From positions 38,741 to 102,740 of the IMG/VR virus record IMGVR_UViG_2896164284_000005: a stretch of 64,000 nucleotides of DNA; one strand, written 5' to 3'. The notes under the pieces were generated by a model, which saw only the letters and a list, made by a program, of their open reading frames with translations, ran no database searches and was not told where the DNA came from. Of this stretch, positions 36,715 to 46,648 are shown in pieces; position 1 is the stretch's first letter; each line of letters opens with the position of its first letter. This DNA is from a virus. Lineage: Duplodnaviria > Caudoviricetes. The position numbers and the translations under genes were made by a program.

Positions 36715-38828
36715 AGCCAGCCTCCTGTTTTTCGTCCGCCACCACTCAGCCAATTACTTTTCGCTTGGGGTGGTTTGGGTTGCGGTTTTGCGGTTTTATC
36801 TTCAATTTCGACCGCTTGTTCTGTGGTTGCGGTGTACTCACGAATGATGTTTGGGTTGATGTCCGGCAATCTTGCCCAGCTCGGTACATCTTTTTCATCT
36901 CCCCATTTGATCCGCTCGTAACCGCGTAAAATCGCAATGGCGTGGGCGTAACAAAATAAGTCAAAGGCTTCGTTGTTGCCTTTGCCGGGTTTGCGCCATT
37001 TGCCGTCCGGTCCACGTTCTTCATAAACTAATTCGTTAAAGAACCATTCGCCGATCCAGTCGGGAAAGTGGATGTAATTTGTCCCTGCACTTTCTCTGGC
37101 TAAGGCGTTGTTTATGCGGTCTTTAAGATAGTCGGTTTGCAGTAAATACAGCGGTACATCGCCACGTGCTGATGAATGTCGGTCACTTCTTGCCGTATTG
37201 TCGGGGTAAGTTTTGGTTATCAGCTTTTGCCGTTTAGTGCTGTCACCTTTGACTAAATAAACTTTTTTTGCCAATCCATCCCTACGGCATTTGCGCCAAA
37301 ATTTATAAGCATTATCTGTTACTCCATCTTCACCGCCACTATCTACCGCCATTGCTAAGATTGGCATTAAGTGGTTTTCATTTGTAGCAAGTGGATATTG
37401 CTTATTTAGCACGTCACTGACTAATATTCCCCAATCTTCAGGGATTCGCGGATCGATACGCCCCACAACACCGTCTGAATCTGGCAATGTGTGTGAGATG
37501 TTGTAGCGATCGATTAGCCAGCGTTCGCCATTTTCTCCATAACCGACAATTTGTACCACAAAGCGGCGATTGCGTCCGCCTTGTACGTCCACGGCAGCAA
37601 TGAGAAAACGGCATTGTGGTGGTATGGTTTTGTTCTCTTTGTCTGCTTCTTCTCGGCGTTCCATGAGTTCATCTGCTCGGCGTTGTTCAAGCGCAGAGCG
37701 TGGCAGATAGGGCAATCCCCAGTCGGTATTGGTTACCGCTTTTAGGGTTTCTTCACTGCCTGTCATTTCATATTCGTGTTCAGCCGTTAGGAGTTTGTAG
37801 GTCAGCTGCGCCCATGTTTGGTAAGCGGCGGCAGGTCCTTCTAACCAAAAGGAAGCAATGCGTGATTTGCGACCTTCTCCCAAAATTTGACCGCTTGCAT
37901 TGATACTTTGCCCTTCTTTAAGCCAAACGCCATTGATGTTTAGCTCACGTTTCATTTCAGGCGGAATTTTGTGTAAGCAGTGGGGGCATTGTAGCCGTGC
38001 GCTTTCGCTGGCTTTGACAAAATCTGTTTCTTCTCTGAAATCCACCATATTTGCCATTGATGGTTCAAAATATTCTGAACATTCAGGGCATTGCCAGTAA
38101 AACCGTCTACGATCTCCGCGATTATATAAACTCAAAATCCCTGTTGTTGGTGGTGCTTCGTGACTACTTTTCGGGACGTGTTTAATATCTACAATGTCTT
38201 TACCAGGGGAGCTTTCAACCAGTGTCATTCCAGCAGACATAAAGGTGGTTGTACGCTTAGATGCTAGGGAAAAACCGTCCCCTTCGCCGTCAATGTCATC
38301 GGGCCAACGGTCGTAATCGGTTAGTGCAACATATTTGTAATCGGAAGATGACAGTACGTTAATGGACGGCCAGCCGATTTTGAGCAAGTTGCCCGCTCTG
38401 AAGTATTTATCGTGGACGTTGTTGTCATTTTTGCGTGGGCTGAGCCGTTTCGCAATTTCAGGCGAACAGCGGAAAGTGCGGTCTAATCTTTTACGGCTGT
38501 GTTCGCTGGCTTTTTCTTGCGTGAGCTGAACAAGTAGAAAATCCGACGGGTCGCAAATTATCGAATAGGTAATCCATCCATCAATTAAGCCTATGGTTTT
38601 CCCTGTTCGGGCAGGGCCAACAAAGACAACTGCGTCATATTCACGGCTGTTTAAACAGTCCATCGGCTCAACAATGTAAGGTGCCCGATTGCGATCCCAT
38701 TTGACCGAAGCTGCACCACCCATAGGAACACGCATAAATTGTTCTACGGCGTCAGATACGCTCATTCGGATTGGTGCTTTGACTAAGCTAGCAATATCTT
38801 TGCGTATTTCACTCGCCTTTGCGTACAT
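36711..38828 (-). CDS. Terminase large subunit (GpA family)
   Basis: GPARTGKT, Zn-finger CPEC/CPHC, AVDVQ, NEAFD. Confidence 0.95.
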   Translation of the reverse strand: MYAKASEIRKDIASLVKAPIRMSVSDAVEQFMRVPMGGAASVKWDRNRAPYIVEPMDCLNSREYDAVVFVGPARTGKTIGLIDGWITYSIICDPSDFLLVQLTQEKASEHSRKRLDRTFRCSPEIAKRLSPRKNDNNVHDKYFRAGNLLKIGWPSINVLSSSDYKYVALTDYDRWPDDIDGEGDGFSLASKRTTTFMSAGMTLVESSPGKDIVDIKHVPKSSHEAPPTTGILSLYNRGDRRRFYWQCPECSEYFEPSMANMVDFREETDFVKASESARLQCPHCLHKIPPEMKRELNINGVWLKEGQSINASGQILGEGRKSRIASFWLEGPAAAYQTWAQLTYKLLTAEHEYEMTGSEETLKAVTNTDWGLPYLPRSALEQRRADELMERREEADKENKTIPPQCRFLIAAVDVQGGRNRRFVVQIVGYGENGERWLIDRYNISHTLPDSDGVVGRIDPRIPEDWGILVSDVLNKQYPLATNENHLMPILAMAVDSGGEDGVTDNAYKFWRKCRRDGLAKKVYLVKGDSTKRQKLITKTYPDNTARSDRHSSARGDVPLYLLQTDYLKDRINNALARESAGTNYIHFPDWIGEWFFNELVYEERGPDGKWRKPGKGNNEAFDLFCYAHAIAILRGYERIKWGDEKDVPSWARLPDINPNIIREYTATTEQAVEIEDKTAKPQPKPPQAKSNWLSGGGRKTGGWL

Positions 38829-39276
38829 CTTCGTTTTCCTCGTCTTGGCTTAATACTTCAGCTGCAACATCTCGGTTTTTATCAATCTTCCTTTGTAGCC
38901 ACATTACCCAGTTTAGCGGCATTCCGTCAGCTTCGCCTTCGTCTGGAAGTGTTTCAAAGGGTTGTAATATACCTTTTGCGAGTAGAGAAAATTGGCGTGC
39001 AACATCGCTTGCTTCACAAACTTCATTGATCCGTTTTTTATATTCCAGCTCTTTAAGTTTAGCGGTCCAATAGGCTAATTCTTCCGCAGGTGAAAAACCT
39101 TCTCCACCTTCTAAATAGGCATCGTTAAATGCGAGATTTAAAAGTTGTTCTATCGAGTATTGTTTTAAATTTGTGCTTTCTTTTGCTGGCGTAATAGCTG
39201 CTAATTTTGCCGAAATAGTTCGGCGATCTTTGCCCGTAATGTTTGCTATTTGACTGATACTGAATAATTTTTCCAT
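38809..39276 (-). CDS. Terminase small subunit (DUF1441/Nu1-like)
   Basis: N-terminal HTH SISQIANITGKDRRTI; upstream of large subunit. Confidence 0.85.
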   Translation of the reverse strand: MEKLFSISQIANITGKDRRTISAKLAAITPAKESTNLKQYSIEQLLNLAFNDAYLEGGEGFSPAEELAYWTAKLKELEYKKRINEVCEASDVARQFSLLAKGILQPFETLPDEGEADGMPLNWVMWLQRKIDKNRDVAAEVLSQDEENEDVRKGE

Positions 39277-39377
39277 TGAGCAATACCTTTTATTCAAAAT
39301 GTACAACGGAAAAATAAAAAAACTCAATTAAATCATAATATTGCTCCGTTGTGGTGGATCATCCAAAATTTCAAAAA

Positions 39378-39436
39378 ACTGCCGAAAACCGCGCGCCCGC
39401 AACCCCGTGGAAAGCCATACCCCCTCAGGAGTACCT
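39378..39436 (-). other. Putative cos site
   Basis: GC-rich GGGGTTGCGGGCGCGCGGTTTTCGGC upstream of small terminase, resembling lambda cosN and flank. Confidence 0.55.
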
Positions 39437-39676
39437 TTTATACCACCTGGGATAAACTTACGAAAATACTACTTTATAGCAAATGCGCTACATTGCTTTG
39501 ATATACTCCCGAGATTTTCGAGACAACATCAGAATTAAATCAAAAAAATGTAATGTTTGCGCTACATAAAGATATAACCCAAAAGGCGAGCATTGCCCAC
39601 CTTATGAATCAGTTATTGCTATGATGTATCACGTACAATCAATAGCAATATCAACCACAGTTATCATCACCACCAA

Positions 39677-39916
39677 TCATTGGCCTTTCCCCATATTCAC
39701 AATAGGTAAAGTCACAATATCAACCACTTCAATTACATCTAACGGACTAACATCATCAGCATAAAAGCTACCGTCAGCATTGTGCCAGTGTGTGAATGGT
39801 GGCTCTTCTGTGTATGTGCGTTCTACAAGTAACCACTTGCCGAACTGTGTTTCGTAAGCTACATCGCATAGTTGACCATTACGTAGCTTAACTACATCAC
39901 CTTTCTTGATATTCAT
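39677..39916 (-). CDS. Phage hypothetical protein
   Basis: 79 aa, AGGTG RBS. Confidence 0.7.
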   Translation of the reverse strand: MNIKKGDVVKLRNGQLCDVAYETQFGKWLLVERTYTEEPPFTHWHNADGSFYADDVSPLDVIEVVDIVTLPIVNMGKGQ

Positions 39917-39925
39917 TCTGTCACC

Positions 39926-40207
39926 TTATTTACTCAATTCTTCCTTTTGCCATTCACGTATTTTATCGATACGATTTAAACACATATCACGTTCACGTTT
40001 AAGAATGACGGCATACTGTGTTACATCACCATAAGTACGACCGCTAAATGGCGTTTTGTCTAAATGCGCAGTAAATGCAGCGGGAAATTGCGGACAAGCT
40101 GCGACTTCGGGCTTACTGGCGCAAGAACTCAATAACATTGCTAGGAGCATCAGCATTAAAAGCTGAACTTGCTTTAGTTTGTTTTGGAATAGATTTGATG
40201 ACTTCAT
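39926..40207 (-). CDS. o-spanin (Rz1-like lipoprotein); true start likely internal
   Basis: Lipobox LSS-C; overlaps 3' end of Rz. Confidence 0.8.
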   Translation of the reverse strand: MKSSNLFQNKLKQVQLLMLMLLAMLLSSCASKPEVAACPQFPAAFTAHLDKTPFSGRTYGDVTQYAVILKRERDMCLNRIDKIREWQKEELSK

Positions 40208-40463
40208 CTGATTTACTCCTTGCTTCTGATTCCACCTTACTTAATTCAAGTGTGAGTTGTTTGTTATATTCCACATCCGCTTTTAACTGTTTGATTGTGC
40301 TGCTCTGTGTTGTGATGGTCTGCTTGTGGATCTCGATCTCCATATTAAGACTATCAATCTTATTTGATTGATAGTAAATCCAACCGCACAACCCAAAGAC
40401 AACCACTAACATACAAACTACACACAGCCAAAACAATTTAGTTAAACTATCGCCAATACCCAT
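40113..40463 (-). CDS. i-spanin (Rz-like, DUF2570)
   Basis: N-terminal TM plus coiled coil. Confidence 0.8.
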   Translation of the reverse strand: MGIGDSLTKLFWLCVVCMLVVVFGLCGWIYYQSNKIDSLNMEIEIHKQTITTQSSTIKQLKADVEYNKQLTLELSKVESEARSKSDEVIKSIPKQTKASSAFNADAPSNVIEFLRQ

Positions 40464-40556
40464 ATAAACTCCCTAAGCAGCGGTGCGGTTTAAGGCTCTT
40501 CTGTGTACGCTTTCGCCATCTGATTTACTTAGTCCCAGTAACCGCACCGCAAATCT

Positions 40557-41087
40557 TTAACGCAAATCAGTTAAACACAAGGCTTTTTCTTTTCCGCGTC
40601 GAATGACCAAACCATTTAATTTTTTACCACCAGCATAAACCCAGCGCGGAAATTGATTACAAGCTGAATCAAGCTCACCAGCTTTTGCTTTAGCAAATAT
40701 TGTTGAATTGCGCATAGCCACACAACCAACGTTAAACGTGATAGACGTTAGCGATTCAAATACTGATAGTGGTAATTTATTACCGTTCGCAAAACGATTT
40801 ACACACTGTTCAGCAATTTGAATATCCCTAACCCATCGCCGCGCAATTTCATCATCTGTATAACGTTTCTTAGGCTCGATAGGTTCACCACCAGCTTCTG
40901 TGCTGCCGATACCTACACTTAATACATTAGCTGGGCATTTATACGGTTCGCGGCGACAGCCTTCAGCATTACCGATGATTAACAATCCACGTTCTGTAGA
41001 GCGAATTTCATCACTATAATTAGCTGCAATAATCCCGATAACTGCCACCACTGAACAAACCACACCACCAATAATTTTTTTACTCAT
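40557..41087 (-). CDS. SAR endolysin (GH24 lysozyme)
   Basis: N-terminal SAR segment; EGCRREPYKC..SVGIG; FNVG; GLVIRR..E. Confidence 0.92.
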   Translation of the reverse strand: MSKKIIGGVVCSVVAVIGIIAANYSDEIRSTERGLLIIGNAEGCRREPYKCPANVLSVGIGSTEAGGEPIEPKKRYTDDEIARRWVRDIQIAEQCVNRFANGNKLPLSVFESLTSITFNVGCVAMRNSTIFAKAKAGELDSACNQFPRWVYAGGKKLNGLVIRRGKEKALCLTDLR

Positions 41088-41328
41088 CGCGCAACCCCCG
41101 TTTTAATCGTTCAAGCTTAACTTGATGGAGCTCTTCCGCACGGCGTTCTTCATTCTCTCTAGCCTTACCTTCGTTACATTTGGCATACATATTCACTAAA
41201 CCACTGATGATACCAACAATAACACCAACAATAGCTAACCACTCTTGAAGTGTGTATAGCGCCCAAAATGAGCCAAAAGCAGACCAGAACATACTTTGAT
41301 TTCCTGAGTCTCTTAGCATAGATTTCAT
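41080..41328 (-). CDS. Holin (HP1-type)
   Basis: Small TM protein with charged tail, upstream of endolysin. Confidence 0.85.
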   Translation of the reverse strand: MKSMLRDSGNQSMFWSAFGSFWALYTLQEWLAIVGVIVGIISGLVNMYAKCNEGKARENEERRAEELHQVKLERLKRGLRDE

Positions 41329-41463
41329 ACCTTACCCCCTTAGCTTGGGGCAATAAAAAACCCCGACGGCATAAACCATCAGGGCTGTAAAAATACATTC
41401 GGTGAACATCAGTTACACGACGACCACAATATATGAAAATAATAGGACAAGGTGACAAGGTTG

Positions 41464-41970
41464 TCAATATGTAATTTTGATATTTTTTGAATTTTTCTTA
41501 CCTGTTTGCAACAATATAAAGCCAGTTATAAGCAATTCATGAATTATAGCTTTTGCTAGACTTAAATCTTTTTCTACATTACGCTTCACTGTTTTTAAGC
41601 TAGGAACCCGAACATTTGACTTCCCAGCACAAGGTTGCATTTTTATTTCGCCACAATTCTCACGTAATTTAATAGCGATAAAATTTACCGTTCGCTTATT
41701 TACATAGTATGAAAATATAATGAAGTGTAACAAGCTATCGTTATTTTTAAAGAATTTCTCAATTCTTTCACTAATCATCATTCCAGCATCATCATCGCAC
41801 ATAGGTTCGCTTGGCTCGGCTGGAATAGCAGATTGCATCAATTTAGCAATAATATTAAATTGTGATTTATCAATACGCCCACTTCGCACCCAAGCACCCC
41901 ATTTGTACATCCATTCATCAACAAAACGCTCTTGTTCTTCGGTTAAAGTTAATTCACTGAATTTACGCAT
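41464..41970 (-). CDS. Late antiterminator Q
   Basis: WGAWVRSG, PMCDDD.G; upstream of lysis genes. Confidence 0.85.
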   Translation of the reverse strand: MRKFSELTLTEEQERFVDEWMYKWGAWVRSGRIDKSQFNIIAKLMQSAIPAEPSEPMCDDDAGMMISERIEKFFKNNDSLLHFIIFSYYVNKRTVNFIAIKLRENCGEIKMQPCAGKSNVRVPSLKTVKRNVEKDLSLAKAIIHELLITGFILLQTGKKNSKNIKITY

Positions 41971-42328
41971 TATTAATTCCTTTAATCTTGATGATGGTTT
42001 TACCTTTAGCGATAACGCCTTTTTCTTCGATGGAGTATTTGCGAATAATGGTGCGGTTGTCGTCTTTAATTAAGCCTGCACCGACTAGACTATCAAAAAT
42101 ACCTTTGGGTAAGTTGTCTAGGTCACGAGCGCGATTATCTGGGAAGTAAATTTCTATCTTGATTTCGACCGCACTTTCAAACGGATCGAACTGTTTACAA
42201 ACTTCAGTAGCAATGCATTTAAATTCTCTGCCGGCTTTTGAAATATAATGCTTACCCTGTCTTGTATGTTTCCAGTAATGATTCACGCTTGGCGGATACG
42301 GTAATACAATCTCAAGCCAATCACTCAT
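41963..42328 (-). CDS. rusA: RusA Holliday junction resolvase
   Basis: LPYPPSVNHYW, RDLDN..K...D, DD. Confidence 0.9.
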   Translation of the reverse strand: MSDWLEIVLPYPPSVNHYWKHTRQGKHYISKAGREFKCIATEVCKQFDPFESAVEIKIEIYFPDNRARDLDNLPKGIFDSLVGAGLIKDDNRTIIRKYSIEEKGVIAKGKTIIKIKGINNA

Positions 42329-42618
42329 AGCTTACCTTCCTTACGTAAAATAGCTTGAGTGCGCATAACGCCTTCGGCATGAGCTAATCGCACATATTCT
42401 GTATCCATTTTGCGTGTTCTACGGTCGCATTCATCGTGGCAAGCAGAACACGCCCACGCCCCGAAAATATCATCAGGCTTTTGTCCTGCACCATTTAAAC
42501 CAGCCATGCGATAGTGGGCTAATACGGTAGTTTCTGGATTATGGTTACAAATGCCAGTAAGTCTAACTTGGCACTCTCTACCTTTTGCTTCTTTTCTAAG
42601 ATCAATTTTCATCAGCAA
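42325..42618 (-). CDS. DUF1364 (YbcO-like) nuclease
   Basis: ECQVRL..C..ETTVLAH, CSACHD. Confidence 0.85.
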   Translation of the reverse strand: MLMKIDLRKEAKGRECQVRLTGICNHNPETTVLAHYRMAGLNGAGQKPDDIFGAWACSACHDECDRRTRKMDTEYVRLAHAEGVMRTQAILRKEGKL

Positions 42619-43265
42619 AATCCTATTAATTGGTTAATCTTGTTGTCTAATTCCCATTCGCTTTCATAGATATTACAAAGCGTTTCATTCCAGATAACCC
42701 CAAATACAGCCTTGTAAACAGAATTGAATTTTTCTTGGCTCATGTTCGCAAAGGATATTGACCACCGCTCTTTCATCGTGCCGCCGTCTTGGCTTGGCTT
42801 AATATCGTAAAACCCAGCTTTCTTCATCACATGATCTAAATAGGCTTCAAGCGTTTTCATTCCTTCATAGTCCAATTTAGATTCACGATTTGACCGCACT
42901 TTTGCTAAAACACGATCTGCGATTGGCTTAGTTACGTTCTGATAGAGATTTTCATCATTCGCGGTCACCGCGATTTCGTGCGCTACCGCTTGCGCTATCC
43001 ACTCTTCCGCTTGAGTTAATACACTAAATTCGGGTTGCCAATACTCAAATCCAGCGTCCAAAAGTGCGAAAAATTTCTTGTGGTGCTGATAGTTTCGGTT
43101 GTTAGAAAGTGGCATAATTTTGACCGCACTTCCAACAGGTAAACTTTTTAGCAAATTGCGGTCGTAATCAGTTTCCGCCACCACCTCACCATTTGCGTAT
43201 TTAACTGCGTGGATGACAGTTTTATCCTTTGCTTTGCTCGCCATATCCATCAGCCTGTTTGACAA
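42612..43265 (-). CDS. DUF1367-family protein
   Basis: RNYQHHKKFFALL, SISFANM. Confidence 0.8.
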   Translation of the reverse strand: MSNRLMDMASKAKDKTVIHAVKYANGEVVAETDYDRNLLKSLPVGSAVKIMPLSNNRNYQHHKKFFALLDAGFEYWQPEFSVLTQAEEWIAQAVAHEIAVTANDENLYQNVTKPIADRVLAKVRSNRESKLDYEGMKTLEAYLDHVMKKAGFYDIKPSQDGGTMKERWSISFANMSQEKFNSVYKAVFGVIWNETLCNIYESEWELDNKINQLIGFC

Positions 43266-43806
43266 AATCCAAACTTACTGAACGCTGAACGAAATCTTCC
43301 ATTGTCGGATCGAACACTACAACCATCTGCCCTTTGCTGTTGCCTTTGATTTCTTTGCCAGTGACAGGATGAATAAAAGCAATGCGCCCACCGATAATAT
43401 CGATCACTTCATTTGCTACGTTATGAATATGCTGTTGATACCACTGCGTAGATTTGTCATTATTCAGTAACATCACTACCGTATGACCTTTGTCACGCAA
43501 GCGTTTTGCTTGTTTGATAAATGGGCTAACATCGCTATAAGGTGGGTTCACAAAAATCCGTACATTACGACAAATTGATAACGATAAATCATTCAGCTTT
43601 TCTATGGTCTCTTGCGAAGTGAAATCCACACATAAATTTTCTGAATTATCCGAATCTTCGTCACAACCCTTTCCTATCCAATAAAAACACAGATTATTTC
43701 TGTTATTTGCGCAACCATCGACATCAAACAAAAATCTGGAATCAAGCCAGTTAAACACGTATTGTGGCGTTTGCCATGTATCTTTATCAAATTGTTTATC
43801 GGTCAT
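43222..43806 (-). CDS. Phage N6-adenine DNA methyltransferase
   Basis: WQTP, NPPYS, GRIAF. Confidence 0.9.
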   Translation of the reverse strand: MTDKQFDKDTWQTPQYVFNWLDSRFLFDVDGCANNRNNLCFYWIGKGCDEDSDNSENLCVDFTSQETIEKLNDLSLSICRNVRIFVNPPYSDVSPFIKQAKRLRDKGHTVVMLLNNDKSTQWYQQHIHNVANEVIDIIGGRIAFIHPVTGKEIKGNSKGQMVVVFDPTMEDFVQRSVSLDFVKQADGYGEQSKG

Positions 43807-44441
43807 AAATTTACTCTCCGCGCGCCTAACATACTGCGCATTTTGGCTAAATAACTTAAATCTGTTTCCAAGGTTGTTTTGACTTGAACCGTCTTTGGTA
43901 ACTGAGAACGTCTTGGCGGTATCGGCTCACCACGTGATAGCTTGCCAGCCCATTCATTCAAAATATCTCGTACGCCTTGCCGTGTTTCTTTAGGCATCCA
44001 ATTCGCTTTAGAGCCACGCTCAAAAAGTTTTGTTAACAAGTGAAATTCAAGATCGTTTTCAAACTGAAAATGATTTGCCCAAGCCAAACCACCAGCACGA
44101 TTAAATTTCTCAAGACGTTCAAGCAAATAATCTTCCGTTGGCAACCCCAAATGCGCGTAATCGTTACCGTTCTTACACCAGCTGATAAACTCGCCAATAC
44201 TTGGTAAATACCCATTTGGCTTTGCTCTCGCTGCTGCCATACCACGTTTCACTTGCTCAAAAGTTTTAATTCCATTCTCGGCAAAGCCTAAAATCCATTG
44301 TTGTTTTAGAATTTCTAGATGTTCTCCGCTAATTGTCAGCAAAATAGGACAGCTTGCGGTTAAGTTATCAAAAATTCGATCAATCATTTTTCTGGCTTGA
44401 TCAGGCACTTGATTTATTTGCGCTTGTGGTAACGTATTCAT
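43803..44441 (-). CDS. Replication protein P-like
   Basis: QWILGFAENGI..LPSIGEFISWC. Confidence 0.85.
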   Translation of the reverse strand: MNTLPQAQINQVPDQARKMIDRIFDNLTASCPILLTISGEHLEILKQQWILGFAENGIKTFEQVKRGMAAARAKPNGYLPSIGEFISWCKNGNDYAHLGLPTEDYLLERLEKFNRAGGLAWANHFQFENDLEFHLLTKLFERGSKANWMPKETRQGVRDILNEWAGKLSRGEPIPPRRSQLPKTVQVKTTLETDLSYLAKMRSMLGARRVNL

Positions 44442-45256
44442 TAAAACACTCCTGCCATTTTTTCAGGGCTTGACCAGTCTCGCGCATTTTTTTCTGCAAA
44501 TGTTTCTTTGCGTTGATGCAATGCGCTAGATTGCCGTTTAATTTCCAGTTGATCCCATTTTTCGCGTAATTTTGCAGGACTGAGAATGTTCGTACGCCAA
44601 AACGTATCTTGATTAGCCCATTGGAATAATTCACAAATATCCTTGTGTGTTCGGCAATCTCGCTCTCGCAGAAGTCTGATTTGATTTGCCCAGTTTTCAA
44701 AATTAGGGGTTTTGATGTTCGGACTTAATTTTTTAACCTGCTCACCTATCCACACTGCCGCTTTCATGTCATCGTCAGAAAAAACAAACTTCGTTTTCTT
44801 ACCACCGTCTGAAATTTTTTCAGACGAAGAAAAATCTGTAAGATTTTTATTTTGTATATTGTTTTTAATAGTGTTTTTTGTGTGTGAAGTTTTTTCACTA
44901 GTCACTGGTGAACTTTTTTCACTAGTTGTTGGAAAATTTTTCACTAGTGAAGTTTTTTCACTAGTCACTGGTTTATAGGTTTTAATTGAGTAAATATTCG
45001 TATTTCTTTCGCCAGTTCTACGTTCTAAAATTCCACGTTCAACAAGACTTTCACAAGCATCAATAACGGAACGATTACTTAACCCTGTCACTTTCATAAA
45101 TTGAGAAACAGAAATATAGTCTTCTTCCTTGTTCCAACCTTTTGTCTTGCGCAAAACAACTAAGTAACATTTCAACTCTGAATGGGATAATTCAGACAAT
45201 AATTCATCAATGATTGAATTCGGGAAAATAAAGCCATTAACTTCTTGATTGATCAT
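44441..45256 (-). CDS. Replication initiator (O-like)
   Basis: RKTKGWNK wHTH; FWRTNILSPAKLREKWDQL; internal iterons. Confidence 0.9.
   Translation of the reverse strand: MINQEVNGFIFPNSIIDELLSELSHSELKCYLVVLRKTKGWNKEEDYISVSQFMKVTGLSNRSVIDACESLVERGILERRTGERNTNIYSIKTYKPVTSEKTSLVKNFPTTSEKSSPVTSEKTSHTKNTIKNNIQNKNLTDFSSSEKISDGGKKTKFVFSDDDMKAAVWIGEQVKKLSPNIKTPNFENWANQIRLLRERDCRTHKDICELFQWANQDTFWRTNILSPAKLREKWDQLEIKRQSSALHQRKETFAEKNARDWSSPEKMAGVF
44884..44970. repeat. Replication origin iterons
   Basis: Four copies of palindromic GTGAA-s-TTTTTTCACTAG (one degenerate) inside the initiator gene, next to an AT-rich tract. Confidence 0.85.
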
Positions 45257-45948
45257 TGCATTAACTCCGAAGCATAACGTGACGCGATAAATTCGATTCC
45301 TTTACTTGTCACGCGGGTTTGTGTGAAATTGTGACCGTGTTCTGCTGTGCCTGTTTTAACGGTAAACAAACCACGTTCTTGTGATTTTTGATAAGGCAAT
45401 AAATTACCCGATTGACGATACAAAAATTTGTCAAAAACTAAACATTCGATCATTCTGCGCTCTGGCATATTTAGGATTTTTGCCACTTCGCGGAATGATT
45501 TTGTTGTGCCTACTTCAACATAATGATCGACAAAATCAGCTTTAGGTTTCATTTCTTGGTTTTCCAACGCTAAAGCCTGTTTTTCTCGCTCCGTTTCCAC
45601 CAGTTTTTCAAGTGCTTGTAGGTAATTCTGCGGTAAAAGTGCGGTTGCTTGCTGATTCTCCAGCTCTTGCCAACGGTCAATAACTGCCGCTGTAAATTCC
45701 GGCGAAAACTGAGCAACTAAAATATAAGTGTCGCGCTTATTCAAAAAATATTCATGATAGACTTGTCCATTCTGTGGGTGGGTGTACGGCTTCGGCTGAT
45801 ACCCCCCAATCACGCCTTTAGAAATAAGTGTTTCAATGCTTTTGCACACGTCACTATGTCTGGAATTAACAAGTTTTGTTATTTCACGACTACTCATCGT
45901 CAAAGTGCTTGCATTTTTTTCTGATATGTTTAATAATTGATTCATCAA
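45253..45948 (-). CDS. Rha / KilAC (ANT) antirepressor-like protein
   Basis: TMSSREI..H..V; KPKADFVD..QTRVT.KG. Confidence 0.85.
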   Translation of the reverse strand: MMNQLLNISEKNASTLTMSSREITKLVNSRHSDVCKSIETLISKGVIGGYQPKPYTHPQNGQVYHEYFLNKRDTYILVAQFSPEFTAAVIDRWQELENQQATALLPQNYLQALEKLVETEREKQALALENQEMKPKADFVDHYVEVGTTKSFREVAKILNMPERRMIECLVFDKFLYRQSGNLLPYQKSQERGLFTVKTGTAEHGHNFTQTRVTSKGIEFIASRYASELMQ

Positions 45949-46006
45949 TACAAAAACTCCATTTTGTGTTGGCCTATCGTTTTACACCACCGTTCGCGGT
46001 GGCTTT

Positions 46007-46300
46007 TTATTTGCCTAAATATTCGTCTTTCGTTTTTGCCAACCCAACTTCGGCATGGACAAATAACGCTTGAAGCACATCTCTTGGAACAGGTTTATCA
46101 GAATCTTTAACATGAACCGCTAAACCAATCTCGTCCAAATATGCGGCAACCACTTCCAAATAATTTGTTTTAAACCGAGATAAATTACTTGGATCTATCC
46201 CAATATTTCGGGCAATTTCGCAATCTGCTTTTTCTGCCCCTTTCTTATAAATTAAATCTGCAATCATTCTTGCGGATTTGCTTAATTCATTGCGTGCCAT
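46007..46300 (-). CDS. CII-like activator
   Basis: HTH IARNIGIDPSNLSRFK; directly downstream of cro. Confidence 0.7.
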   Translation of the reverse strand: MARNELSKSARMIADLIYKKGAEKADCEIARNIGIDPSNLSRFKTNYLEVVAAYLDEIGLAVHVKDSDKPVPRDVLQALFVHAEVGLAKTKDEYLGK

Positions 46301-46317
46301 TGTGGTTGCCTTCTGTT

Positions 46318-46518
46318 TTAATCAGGGAAAATAAAATCAATCGTTACATCTGCGCCAAGCTCATTTAATTTAGCCACAATGCGTCTTGCGTCTCTTAGTT
46401 TTGGCGTTCGGATATTGCATTCATAATTTGAAATACGGTTTTGTTTATATCCTAGAGCTTCGGCAAGTTGTTTCTGAGTGATTCCAATACTTTCCCTTGC
46501 TTTAGCAAGATTACTCAT
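46318..46518 (-). CDS. cro: Cro-like repressor
   Basis: 66-aa Xre HTH divergent from cI. Confidence 0.85.
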   Translation of the reverse strand: MSNLAKARESIGITQKQLAEALGYKQNRISNYECNIRTPKLRDARRIVAKLNELGADVTIDFIFPD

Positions 46519-46554
46519 AAAATTTCCTTTTGTGATTCAATCATTGCAAATTAA

Positions 46555-46616
46555 ATCACAATAAGTGTTATTAATCAATCACATTTTGAATTTTTGTTAA
46601 TATCGCGTAGCGTGAT
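46555..46616. promoter_or_regulatory. OR operators
   Basis: Three ATCAC-N5-GTGAT-like sites at 46555, 46578, 46602. Confidence 0.7.
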
Positions 46617-46648
46617 ATTATGAGCAATAAGAAAATGAGGATGGGAAC

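Noticed and set aside
41400-41466. Exact pR' promoter and Q-binding element
   Set aside because: CTTGTC repeats and TATATT are suggestive, but -35/-10 spacing could not be assigned confidently
44884-44970. Short palindromic repeats as a CRISPR array
   Set aside because: Spacers are only a few bp, the repeats lie within the initiator gene, and there are no cas genes; these are iterons
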